Below, piece after piece: positions 48,801 through 60,142 of a stretch of 64,000 nt of DNA. How positions within the stretch are numbered: position 1 is the first letter of the stretch; the number at the start of each line of letters is the position of its first letter. The notes beneath the pieces are model-generated. The model was not told the origin of the DNA. It saw only the letters and a program-made list of their open reading frames with translations, and made no database searches. The stretch comes from Cyanophora paradoxa CCMP329 (lineage: Eukaryota > Plantae > Glaucophyta), in the NCBI GenBank assembly GCA_004431415.1, contig QPMI01000521.1:62001-126000 (forward strand). The letters run 5' to 3'. Made by a program: the position numbers and the translations under genes.

Positions 48801-49400
48801 ATCTGAAGCATCGACGCGTGATCTCGACTTCCCTGCGCACATGCGAGGCGCGTAGGTCTTCAAATGCACACGAGGCAACAAGCCAGGCAACAAGTCATCG
48901 CGCGCACCAGCATCCGTCGGCGGCTGACAGCTCCGCGAGCGCCTCCACGCGCTCCTGCACACCGCCCTCGAGCTCGTTGCGCTCGAGTTCGCCATCGATA
49001 TCGCCGGCACTGTTCTCATGACCGGGAGCGCTGCGCTCCTCGCCCGCGGCCGGCGAGTGGCCATCGACCACGATGGGCGGGAGCGGCGGGACCGACAGCG
49101 TCTCCCGCCTTTCTGCGAGGAACTCGACGGCGGTCTCCATCAAGAGCCCAAGCCACCCGCAGAGCTGCTCTGCCCGCAGAGCTGCTCTGCGAGAGAGCGA
49201 CTGGAAAGTAAAGATGAGTCGATGAGCAGCTGACTGGGGTCACTGCTTCGCGCGAGCCGCTGACTGCGGTCACGCGCTGCGTTCGCTCAGGATGGGGTCG
49301 ACGCGACTGGACGAGCTCGAGGCGTGCAACATTAACGCAAGCAATGCAAGCGCTTTGACGTCCGCCTCCTTCCCGTGCGCTTCGAAATCGGTGCGTCGCG
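42880..49400 (-). CDS. TRANK1-like superfamily-1 (UvrD/Rep) helicase with TPR-like C-terminus, multi-exon; 5' end uncertain
   Basis: VGRSGTGKT (Walker A), IVDE|VQDFTQAEL, FCGDTCQ|TIARGVSFRF, NYRSQSGIL, LTVEEAKGLEFDDVL, LKQLYTAITRAK, STPAEWEARGRQFLERRLFEAAKRAFENAG. Confidence 0.85.
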
Positions 49401-49458
49401 CGCGAAACCGAAGCGGCGGATCTGCAGCTGTACCCCTACGTGCATCAATGTATTTAAA

Positions 49459-49810
49459 TTTTTTTTTTTTGAGAGACTACGGTGGGGCGAACCCCCCGTA
49501 GGTAGTGATATTAAAGACAACAAAGCAATCACAAATCAAAGATACAGTAAACTAGCACAAAATATATACAGAATCAAGAGGGATCACGAGAAGGGACACG
49601 ATCAGAAGAACGCAAAAGATAAGGAGAACGAGCACGAGGAGAAGGAGTAGAAGAGCTCAAGGGCGTCGATGCAGAAGTACTAGTCACACTAGAACGACGA
49701 GGAGCACGGGGACGCAGCAAATAAGGAGAACGAGCACGAGGAACTACAGTCGAAGACGAAGATCTAGACGAAGACGACAAGACAGAGCTAACAGCAGAAC
49801 TAGAAGAGCC
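49459..49810 (-). mobile_element. Probable 3' remnant of a non-LTR retroelement
   Basis: On the minus strand: a pyrimidine-rich tract, then a stem-loop (49477-49501), then A12. Internal 22-bp direct repeat at 49619 and 49721. Confidence 0.45.
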
Positions 49811-49927
49811 CTGACATCGATTGGAAACGCTATGAAGGCATAACTGGCATAACTGATCTACATGTACACAACAGTGACCGCGGATTGGGAGCCGCCTGAA
49901 GCTAAAGCATGCTGGCGCGCGCCGTGG

Positions 49928-51862
49928 CTACTTCTTCTTCTTGCCCTTGCCCTTCTTCTTCTTGCCCCCCTTCTTGGACTTGGCGTTCCGGTCCAGGATC
50001 GTGCACAAGTCCTTCAGCACCGCCGGCGGCACCCGCTGCGCGCGCGCGAGAGAGAGAAAAGGGGGGGTGAGCCAGGGGCCGACGTCGACGCGGCGGCGCG
50101 GGCCCGACGAAGCAGGGCGGACCTCGGTGATCTGTATGTCCTTCATCGTCGCGTTGCTCGTCATCGCCTCCACCAGCGCCGTCGCCCCTGCGCGTCGGAG
50201 GCGGGCGGGGCCGGTCATGTCCAGGCGCGCTCCGCTGCGAATGGAGTCCGCGAGCCGGCGCACCCTGCTCGCCGATGAGGTTGTGCTGCAGGTTCAGCTC
50301 CGTCAGCGTCGTGCTTGCCGTCACCGCCTCCCGTAGCGCCTGTACCCCCGACCGTCGGCATTCCCCCGGAGCGGGGGACGAAGCTGAAAGGGGTACGGGC
50401 GCACGAGGAGCGCCTCGGGCTCGTTGGCGAAGAGGTTGTCGGCGAGGTTCAGCCGCGTCAGGCTCGCGCTGCGCGCGCGGGGAAACGAGCTCAGCCCTAT
50501 CTTTTTCGAGAGAAAGGTTGAGGCGGGCCCAGTCCCGGGCATTCGGGGCGGGGTGCGGCTCAGCCCTCACCTCTTCTTGATGCCCTCGCACATGTCCCGT
50601 AGGCCCGACGCCTCCAGCCGGTTCCCCTGCACGTCCAGGATCCTGCCGGGGTACACATGAGCGGTCAGCACGAGGGTACAGGCGCGGCGGGGCGGCGGGG
50701 GGCACCGGAGCTTGGGGTGGGCGAGGGCGCCGAGGGAGAGGAGGGCGCCGGAGGGCGGCCCGAGGCCGCAGTAGGCGAGGGAGAGGGAGGTCAGCGTCTG
50801 GTTCGCCTTCAGGCCCTCCGAGAGCTCCCGCAGGCCCTCGTCCCCTGCCGCCCCGCCCCTTCGACTCGCAGGGGAGGGGGGGGAAGGAGTGGGCCGAGGG
50901 GGGTACGGGGGCTTCTCAGGGGGGTACCGATCGGGTTGTGCTCGAGGGAGAGGGACACGAGCGCGCCGTTCGTCTTCAGCTCCGTGCCCAGCGCCGCGCA
51001 GCCGACGGGACTGATCTGGGGGGCGGTTCGGGGCCCGGCCCAGGTGGTGGGAGGGAAGGGGAGTACGCGCGCACCCTGCAGTCGAGGAGCTCGAGGTGCC
51101 TGAGCGTTGGCTGCTTCTGCAGGAACTCCACCTGGGTACCCGTTGGAAGGGGGGGAGGGAGCGCAGGGGGTGCAGGGACACGGGACGCACCACGGCGGCC
51201 ACTGCGGGAACCGGACGGGGTCGAGGCGGATCCGCGGGTGAGCTGGGGGGGGGGGGGGGGGGGGTAGGGGGGGTCCGGGCGGGTGAGGGGCACCGCCGGC
51301 GTCCTGTGAGTTGGTGCGCCAGAAGCAGAGGGCCAGCAGGTACGAGTAGCTGCGGCGGCCGCGCCCGGTGGGCGGAGAGAGCGGCGCGGCGGCCGCGCGC
51401 GCGCCCCCGCGGCGCTTGCACCTCTTGATCGCCTCCATGAAGAGGCGCGTGCCGACAGGCCCCAGCTCCCCGTCAGAGATCGTAAGCTGCACCGGCGCGT
51501 CAGTCGCGGGCGGCGTAGAAAGAGAAAGAGGGGGGGGCGGGCGGGCGGGCGGCGCGCGCCTGTCTGCAGAGGGCGCCGTCCTCTTCGGCCGCCTCGATGG
51601 CCTGGTTCAGGCGGGCGACGAGGCCCGGGGCTGTGTTGACGCCCAGCTTGCGGCACTCGCCCACGTACAGGTCCCGCATCCGCTTCACCGCCGCGTAGAT
51701 CTGATCCGCTGCGGGGCGTGGCGTGGGCCATGGCCACGGGGGCGCGGGGGCGCGGGGCCAGAGGCCGGGCTTAGCTACCGCACCATCGAGCTCAGGCTCC
51801 GCCGCCTTCTTGCCTTTTCCCTTTCCCTTGCCCTTGCCCTTCCCTTTCGCCTTGCCGGCCAT
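49928..51862 (-). CDS. RNI-like leucine-rich-repeat protein with Lys-rich termini, multi-exon
   Basis: LRHLELLDCR, LVSLSLEHNPI, LTSLSLAYCGL, ILDVQGNRL, LTRLNLADN, LTELNLQHNLIG. Confidence 0.85.
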
Positions 51863-52508
51863 GGCTGGCGAGGGTCTGCCGCGTTCCTATCTAAGGCCGA
51901 AGTTGCTCCGCTGGCCGCCGCGCCGACGGAGCGCTAGCTAAGTTTTCAAGCCTAGCTACTTGCCGCTGTACAAGCGCCGCCTGCTAGAAGCTCGATCCAC
52001 TCGGGACGCGCCTGCGGAATCCCTAGCGCCGCGAGGGCGGCAGGCAGCGGTTTCAATGAGATCAGCGGCGCAGGGAAATGCTGATCAGAGTCTCCGACCC
52101 CTGCGACAAGATGCTGCTTCACGCCGTCTTTTGTAGCTTGCTGTACCCCGCGTCGTCCCCTCCCCCCACGACTTGCCTTCGCCAAAAACGTGTCGAAGCG
52201 GGCGCGCTCACCGTGAGAGAGCACCGAGGGTGAGCGTCAGACGGGTCAGCCGCATAAAAAGCGGGACGATGGCGGTCTGCTCACACTTTCCTCGAGATCC
52301 AGCAAGCGCCCCGGCAAGAGCTAGAGCTAGCGTCCGCCGACGAATAAACACCGGCCAGCGAAGCCAGCTCAGGCGTCTTCGGACCCTCAAACCAATAAAA
52401 GAATGTGCGTCCCATTTGAAAGCCGTTTCCCAACGGCGAGCACGCGCACCGCGGCTCCTATGTCGACTGGGCTAACGGGCGCCTCCGCGCAGGAACTCCC
52501 GCGACAAC

Positions 52509-53507
52509 ATGACCGGCGCGAGCATCCAGCTGCAGACGGCCGAGGCGGGCGCCTCTGCGAAGGCCGCAGGCGTGGGCGCCGCCTTCGAGTGCGAGTTCCT
52601 GAACGTCACTTTCCGCGTGCGGGACGTGCAGCTGCAGCCCGACGAGCGCCTCGTGCTCCTGGGCGAGGGCGACGTGCTGGGGGACTTTGAGACGAGCCGC
52701 GGCTGCGACATGCGCCTCGTCGACGCCCTCCACGGCCTCTACGAGGCCGGCCCGCTCCGCATGCCCCTCCCCGCCGCCTCGACCCGCCCCGCGGACGGCG
52801 CCGCCCTCGCGGCCGGCGCGCGCTCCCTGCGCTACACGTACGCTCGGATGCCCTTCGCTCCGGCGCCCGGCAAGCTGCTGGACCCGGCCTACGACCCCGC
52901 CGGTCCCCGGTGCGCCGCCCTGTCGAATCTAACCATCTGCTCTCGAAGCCCTAAGGCTGATCCCCCGCGCGTGCGCAGGCGTGCGGTGCTCCCCGACGGC
53001 GGCGTCTCCGTGACGCTCGAGGACGCGTGGGCGGGCGCCGGCCCCCGCGTGCAGACCGTCGGCCGCGCCCGGGCCGCCCCGGAGCCGAACCCGGCCAAGC
53101 GGGAGCTTCCCGCGCCGGCGAGCGACGAGGAGGCCTCGGGGTCGGGGTCGGACGGGGACCGCGCCACCTTCTACACGCGGCCCTTCGGCATCGAGGACGG
53201 CGCCTCGCACTACCACCGGAGCGCCCGCTGCGGCCTCACCGCCCGCCGCCGCCGCGACGCTGCCTTCGTGCGCACTGTACCCCCCGGTCCGCCCGGCGAA
53301 CTCTCGCTGAACGTACCTCCCGCTCCGGCGCAGATCGAGAAGCACCGCCTGCTGCCCTGCCCGCGCTGCTGCCTCCAGGGCCCCGCCCCGTTCGGCCTGG
53401 ACGCGCCGGCGCCGGCGCCGGCGGCGCGGCCCATCCGCGCCGGCCTCGGCGTCGGGGGCCGGCCCTCGCCCCTCCCCGCCGCACCCACTTCCATCCCGGT
53501 CGCGTAA
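52509..53507 (+). CDS. Putative CBM20 (starch-binding)-like protein
   Basis: VTFRVRDVQLQPDERLVLLGEGDVLGDF...LRYTYA resembles the CBM20 pattern but the usual Trp residues are substituted. Start is uncertain. Confidence 0.45.
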   Translation: MTGASIQLQTAEAGASAKAAGVGAAFECEFLNVTFRVRDVQLQPDERLVLLGEGDVLGDFETSRGCDMRLVDALHGLYEAGPLRMPLPAASTRPADGAALAAGARSLRYTYARMPFAPAPGKLLDPAYDPAGPRCAALSNLTICSRSPKADPPRVRRRAVLPDGGVSVTLEDAWAGAGPRVQTVGRARAAPEPNPAKRELPAPASDEEASGSGSDGDRATFYTRPFGIEDGASHYHRSARCGLTARRRRDAAFVRTVPPGPPGELSLNVPPAPAQIEKHRLLPCPRCCLQGPAPFGLDAPAPAPAARPIRAGLGVGGRPSPLPAAPTSIPVA

Positions 53508-53892
53508 ACCACACCCCCGCCGCCGGACTGTAGATGTAGATTACGCGTACGGTGTTTTCAGCGCCAGAGTGACACTGTACAGCCTTTCAAGCCGCCCCTT
53601 ACAGCTTGCCCGGGCGGCTCCACAGTCTTTAGCTAGGTAGGGAGTGCAGGCGCCAGCGCCTGCGTGTGCCTCCCGCATGTTTGATTTCGAATCCATGGCC
53701 ATCCTTTCATCGATATCTCTGCTGCAGATCTTGCGCACGCGCATGCGTAGAATCAAGCTTTAGGACCAATAAATTCAGTTTTATGATCAAAGTACATCAT
53801 GATCAGTGCGTCGATCGATGTCGATCGCTAAACTACTTAATGCGCGCCACATGCAAGCGTACAACAACGACTAACCGTACTAGACGCGCGCC

Positions 53893-55353
53893 TCAGGGCT
53901 CCGAGACGACCTCAAAAGCCCCGCCGCCGCTACGGGGGGCGCAGAAGTCCGACCCGGGGCCGCCCTCGCAGGCCGCGCAGCCCTCGCCGGCGGCGCACGC
54001 GTCGATCCGCCGCTGCTCGCGCGGCGTCAGTCGCGCTAAGAAGAAGAAGGAGAAGGAGAGTGGGGGGGAAGGCCCGGGTCGGGCGCGCCTGCATGAGCTG
54101 GACGAGGAGCTCGTCGACCCCCAGCGGGGCGGCGACGATGTAGGAGAGGCCGGCGTGCTTCGCCGCCGCCTCGGCCGCGAGGCGCGGAATGTCCTCGCGC
54201 CAGTGGCGCCCCGCCGAGAGGAAGTAGGGCGCGACGACGACGGTGCGGCAGCCGGCGGCGGCGAGCTCCTCGAAGCCGTCCGCGATCGTCGGCGGGGCGA
54301 TCTCCATGTGCGCGATCGCCACGGCGCGGTAGGCGGGGCCCGCCGCGCGCCGAAAGAGCCGCGCAAAGTCCGACAGGGCCTCGTTCGACTCCTGGCGGCG
54401 GCTCCCGTGGTCCACGATCAGGACGCCCGTCGTTGCGACGTCCAAGGGGGCGCGCGGCGCGGCGGCCACGGCGGCGGCGGAAGAGGAGGAGGAGGGTGAG
54501 GATGCGGGGGCGGGGACGGGGGCGGGGGCGGGGGCGGAGGCGGCCGCCGCCGCAGCCGACGCTTCGGCGGACGCGGCGGCGGCCGAGGCGGCAAATGAGG
54601 ACGTCGCCGCCGCTGCAGCCGCCGCCGCCGTGGCTGCTGCGGCTGCGGCTGCGGCTGCGGCGGGAGCGGCGGCATCGGCGGGCGAGCCGGAGAGGACGCG
54701 GCTTCCGTCCAAGACCTCCGCGTCGATCACATCGTCGTCGTCGCCGCCGTCCTTCGCTCCGGCGCTGGCGCTCCCGGGCTCCGTGAAGATGGACATCGCC
54801 TGCTTTGCGACGCGCACGGCCCGCGATATGTCACCGAAGACCTCCTTGGTCTTTTCCGTGGACGGCACGCTGTCCTTCAAGGTCGGCTGCGCGCCGCTCA
54901 GCGGCGGCAGCGGGGAGCGCAGGGCGGCCGCACGTCGCCTCTGAACAGCTCGAAGACCTGCTCCACCTTCTGGAAGGCAGACTGTGTCACCTCATCTGCG
55001 CGCCCATGAGATCAACAGGGCTGGCTCAGCGTGCTTCTTGGGCCGGGGCACGCCGAGCTCAGGATCCTCGTTGCCGATCCCGGGCTCCCCCTTCTTGCCT
55101 GAGCCGCCGGGTTGCTCGGCGCTCGCACATACGAACCACCGCTGATCGGCACGCCGGGACCGAGGCAGCGCAACCGGGGCGTGTATCCGCAATCTAGGCC
55201 GAGTCAGGCGCCACAGGCGACGCTTAGAGAGGGTCCTGCGCACCTGGCGGCAGCCGTACGCGCCTTCGGTGCATTCCACACGGGACGCCCGAGCGGCACA
55301 GCCGGCGGCGCTGCGAACGCGGCCGCGCGCGGCTCAGGCTGCAGGCGATTCAT
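53893..55353 (-). CDS. sirB: Sirohydrochlorin ferrochelatase (CbiX/SirB), plastid-targeted, multi-exon
   Basis: GVLIVDHGSRRQESN, AHMEIAPPTI, PYFLSAGRHWREDIP, APLG, and a C-terminal C-x5-CxxC-x7-C resembling the plant SirB Fe-S motif. Confidence 0.88.
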
Positions 55354-55676
55354 CGAATGCCCGCTTAAGCTTCTGCACTGTGCAGACGAGGGGGAAGGCT
55401 GGACGAACAGAGCTAGCTGCCGCGGGGATACACGAGCCGATCGGTTTCGATCCGGGCATCCGAATTCGAGGAGCCAGCGTTGGCCCCATCAGTTCCCCTC
55501 CCTTTGGTGTTCTCTTTCCGAGATCAATTTCATGTGCGGCGCCCCACTAGCTCGCACCGTCCCAACAGCGCAAGGCGGCAGAAAGGAACGGACTTGCTAC
55601 TCTGACAATTTTAAGCCTACTAGTGACTGGATCCCCTCACGTGCGTGGGAAGCTAAAGAGCGCTGGCCGCGCTGAG

Positions 55677-57266
55677 CTAGCTGGACTCCTCCGCGGGCGC
55701 TTCGCCGCCCTCGACGCCCTCGCCCTCCGCCTCGGCCTGCTCGGCCTCCTCGGCCGCGCGCTCCGCGGCGAGGCGCTCCTCCTCCTCCCTCCGAATGCGG
55801 TCCTCCTCCTCCTGCTTCTTCCGCAGCTCCTCGGCGATGCGGCGCTCCTCCTCCTCCCGGATGCGTTGCCGGTCCGCCGCCCGCCGCTCGGGCCCCAGCG
55901 CGAGCGCCCGCTTGATGACGTCTGCGCGGGGCGGGCGCCGTCAGGGGCCGGGTCCCAGGCGGGGCGGGGCGCAGGGCGCGGGGGCCGGGGCGGGGCGGAC
56001 CGTCGACGAGGGCCTGGGTGGCGGCCTTCTTCTCGATCTTCTCGACGGCGCGCTCGGTGAGCCAGGGCATGAAGGCGTCCTCGACCTCCTTGACCACGGG
56101 GTCGTAGAAGAAGCCGGCGTCGGCGAGCCCGTCGAAGACGCCCGCCACGAGGTCCCGCACGTAGTTCTTCGAGTACATCGTCGCCGCCACCTTCTCCCGC
56201 ACCTGCTTCTCCCGCGCCAGCCGCGCCCGCTCCTGGGCCAGCCGCCGCTCCTTCTCCTCGTACCGCCGGCGCTCCGCCGCCTCCATGCGCTGCACCTCGG
56301 CCAGCTCCGCGTGGCGGATCTGGTCGAACTCGTCCTGCGCCCCCGCGCGGTCAGGCGCGCGGCCCCGGCGGGGAGGAAGGGGAGCGAGGAGGGGGGCGGA
56401 CCTGGTGCGCCCGGATGGCGGAGAGCTCCTCCTCCTCTAGCACCTCCATCATGCTCTGCTCCAGCACCTTGCCCACCAGCACCTCCAGTATCGGTTCCAC
56501 CTCCAAATCGAAGTTGAAGAGATCCCCATCCTCGATCTGGGTCTGCGCGTCCACTCCCGTCTTCTTCGGGACGAAGAGCGGGGTGGGCGGCCTGAGGGGG
56601 CGAAGCGGTCAGAAACCGTTAGCTAGCGCAAGGCGCGCGCGGGGGACGGCCGGAGCGTACCTATCCATGAAAAGATCAGTCTGCGTGTCAGCGTCCTGCT
56701 CCGGCACTCGGTCAGCCAACTCCTCGAGGTAGTTCTCGGTTTGGACATCGATATCTGTCGAGCCAAGCAGGGTCAAGGCCCAAAAGAGAGAGAAACTCCA
56801 GAAATAGGAAGTATCGCACGTTTCCGACCCTCAACGGGGTCTGGCGTCTGCTGCATGTTGGTCGTGTCGCGCATCGTCCTCATCTTCCGGGTCTGCGTCG
56901 AGTCCTTCTTCGTTGTGCTCTTGCTAAGATCTGGCTGGGTCGTCTGCGAGGCAGCCGGCGTTAGCGGGGCAGGGGCAGGCGCGGGGCGTGAACGAAGAAC
57001 AGGTCTACCGTCGGGAGGAGCTGGGATGCATAGGTGTTGCCGCGCACGACGCGCTTATCGAACATAATGTTGGAAGGCGGTGCCGGCCTGCGTTGCGGCA
57101 CATTCTCAGCGCCCCGCGGCGGCCGGGACGCGACCTATCCCAAAATACCCAACTCGAGAACGCACTCATTTGGCTCCCTGTACTTCTTCCTGTTCTGCAC
57201 GGCTCGAGGCTCTGATGCGAATGTATACGACGCCTTCGCCGGCGCAGCTACGTCGGCTGCCGCCAT
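55677..57266 (-). CDS. RSP3: Flagellar radial spoke protein 3, multi-exon
   Basis: YTFASEPRAV, NIMFDKRVVRGNTYA, DVQTENYLEEL, RPPTPLFVPKKTGVDAQTQIEDGDLFNFDLEVEPILEVLVGKVLEQ. Confidence 0.95.
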
Positions 57267-57899
57267 GTTATCTTACGGAGGCCGAGCTCCCTGCTCCGAG
57301 TCTTCTCGCGTCCCCCGGCTTGTTCCGGTTACTCCAGTCGACAACGCTCACTGTTTGCTAGCTAGAGCGTCCCTGCTGCTGGGCTTTGGGCGCTGCTCTG
57401 GTTGCTGTTTCGGCACCTGTTTTGGATTACCTGGTATCCCCCCAACATTGCGGTATCCCAACCAGCACCTTCAGTTCGATCCGCGGCCCAGCCAGACTGC
57501 TCGCGACGCATTAGCTCTACGCGCAATGCATAAAAAACACCGCGGGGCCCAGAAAAGCATCGCAGCTACGGACGCGCGCGCCGACTGAGTGCACGCGATG
57601 CACGATGAGCGCAGCGCATTCAATGGTCTAATTTGCAGCGTCCGATTTCGAAGGACGCGGTATTGTAGCTTGCCGTCCGCCCCGCGGCTTGCTATAGCTA
57701 GCCAAGTAGCGCTCGAGAGAGCTCGGTGGCTTAGCGCGCGCTAGCTTCTGACTACTCGACGACATCGTCAGCGTTTTCCTGCACTGCGACACAGCAGCAG
57801 ACGCTGAGCTACAGCTGTAGCTGGCAGCGGCGCTCTAGATCTGGCGCTGGCGCCGGCACCTCGGCCAGCGGCCGCCGCAGTGCGGCAACTACGCCGTAG

Positions 57900-59946
57900 C
57901 TAGCAGCACGCGCCCGGGGCGCAGCAGCTGACGGAGGCCTCGTTCTCGTCGTCGGGGGCGGCACCGCCCGCGCCGCACGCCGCGAAGAGGCCCTGGTGCG
58001 GCCCCCGCTCCGTGACCTGCCACCAGAGGCGCCCCTTTCAGCACTGGCCCAGACGAAAAGAGATCGGGTCAGATCGGACGGCTCGCCTCGAAGTGGGGCC
58101 CGAAGCGCGTCTGCGACAGCATGTCCGCCGTGTTGCCTGGGACCGGGAACTCAGGCCAGGGCGGGGCGGGGCGGGGCGGGGAGAGTGCGGGCACCGCAGA
58201 CGGGGAGGGCCTGCCCCGTGGGGAACGTGTGGTGGTCGTCCAGCACGAAGGCGTCCCTGGCGCCCCGTCTCAGGTGAGCTCAGCTGAGCCGAGCTGGAAG
58301 GTAGCTCCCGGGCGCACGGGAGGCCGGGGAGGGTGCCGCGGTAGGCGGCGGTCTGCCCGAACTCCTCGCACCGGTCCTCCAGCGACCCGATCTTGAACGC
58401 CCGGACTGCCGCCCGGTCAGCCGGCGCTGGGCGGGGGATGCGAAGATGTGCGGGCGGGGCCCGGCCCGGCGCACTCGTGTAGCTGCGGAACTTGATGGGC
58501 CCGACCTGCGCGCGGGGCAGAGCGTAAGTGAACGCGCGGAGGCACCGATTTCGGATTCGAGGCCGCCGGGCGGACCTTTTGCTGGACCTCGTCGTTTTGG
58601 ATGGAGATGCGGGACGACTTCATGACGCGCACGTCGGGGAAGCCCGAGCGCGCCATCATCCTGCGCCCCCGCCCCCTCCGGGCGTCAGACTTAGGCCCGC
58701 GCAGCGAGCCCCGCGCGCCGGCGCCGGGGTCCGTCCTAGCTAGCGCTAGCTAAAGCAGGCCATCCCCGGCGCGTACGGCCGGGCCCGCCCCGCCCCGCCC
58801 GTCTCGGCCCTTCAAGGCTTATCAGCGAGCTTAGGGGCGGCTGGCCGCACCGTCGGAAGTCCTCGACGTAGAGAGCGCCCGAGAGGCACTCCCCGTACAG
58901 CACCTTGTCCTGCTTCATGTGCTCCGGTACCCGCCGGTCCCTGCCCACGGTGAACGGTGAGCCGCCCCGCGACGTCTCGGGCGGGGGAGAGGAGGGAAGG
59001 CGGGCACGCGAAGACGTCCGAGAAGTAGAGCTCCCCGCCCGGCTTCAGGACGCGGAAGATCTCGTCGAAGACCTGCGGGAGGCCGCCGAGGGTAAGATAG
59101 CACTGCCTGGTTCCTTGAAACGGGCCGCAGAGCCCCGCGCCTTCTGCTTGTTGGCGGAGAGGTTGATGACGCAGTTGCTGATGACGACGTCGACGGAGGC
59201 GTCGGCGATGCCACACGCGCGCAGGTCCTCGATGATGCCCTGGCACGCAGTCGGCCGCCCGGCCCGCGCGGGCGACGGCGGCGCGGGCGGCCCGGCGGGC
59301 GCGCGGGCGGGGGCACCTTGCGGAAGTCGACGATCGGGGCGCCGTAGCCAAACTGGCGCGTGTGGTAGTCGATGTGCCGGCGCGCCACCTCCAGCTGCTC
59401 GTCCGTCATGTCCACTGCGCGGCCGATCAGACCGGGCCCTGAGTGCACGGCCTCAGGCGCCGCGCCGGCGAACCGCCGATGACCCGGCCCGTCGGGCCCG
59501 TCAGGGCGCTGCAGACGTAGCTGTCGCGACCGGTTCCGCATCCGAGGTCGAGCACAACCTGCGGCGCGCGCCCCCCCGCCTCAGCGCCCGAGATACGCCC
59601 ACCCCCAAATCGATTCGACGCACCCGGCCCTCCAGATTGTCAGGGATCGGCGAGCCGCAGCCGTAGAACTGAATTACTAGTAAGCCAAGAGCGCAAGGCG
59701 CATGAGGCGCGCGGGGTGGGCGGACCTTAGACAGGACTTCTTCGTGGATCCGCGAGAGGATTTTGCTGCGGCGCGGACGCGTCCTTAGCTACGAGCGAGG
59801 CGCCCGAAGCTCGAGCGAACGAACCGAGTCTCTGTGCTGGGGGCATCGCCGAGCACGCAGGCGTTCGTCTTAAGATCCGCCCCGGTCTTCAGGTCCTTCC
59901 CGTAGTAATCGCTGACCGTCGCACGTACAGATTCCTCGCTCGCCAT
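57900..59946 (-). CDS. arsM: Arsenite S-adenosylmethionine methyltransferase, multi-exon
   Basis: DYYGK..DLKTNAC, FYGCGSPIP, VLDLGCGTGRD, DVVISNCVINL, RVLKPGGELYFSDV, LYGECLSGALY, C-terminal SCCAPGACC*. Confidence 0.93.
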
Positions 59947-60142
59947 CGTATTCGCGTGTACGTAGGGAAGAAAGGGTCTTGCCGCCCGCCGTTCCGCACG
60001 CGCGGCCTTTCCGGGGTACGCAGTTCGACCGCAGGTTCGGTCGCGGGTGCGCCGAGAGAGCTCGCATAGGGGCGCCGCGCTTCGACAAACGAGTCATTTT
60101 AACGCTCCTGCGGCAGTTCACCGGAGAGCAGGCTCAGCAAAA

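Noticed and set aside
49459-49501. Rho-independent terminator
   Set aside because: The T-run precedes the hairpin on the + strand and the context is eukaryotic.
57900-59946. arsM as a recent horizontal transfer
   Set aside because: Fully intronated in host style, and the family is widespread in algae.
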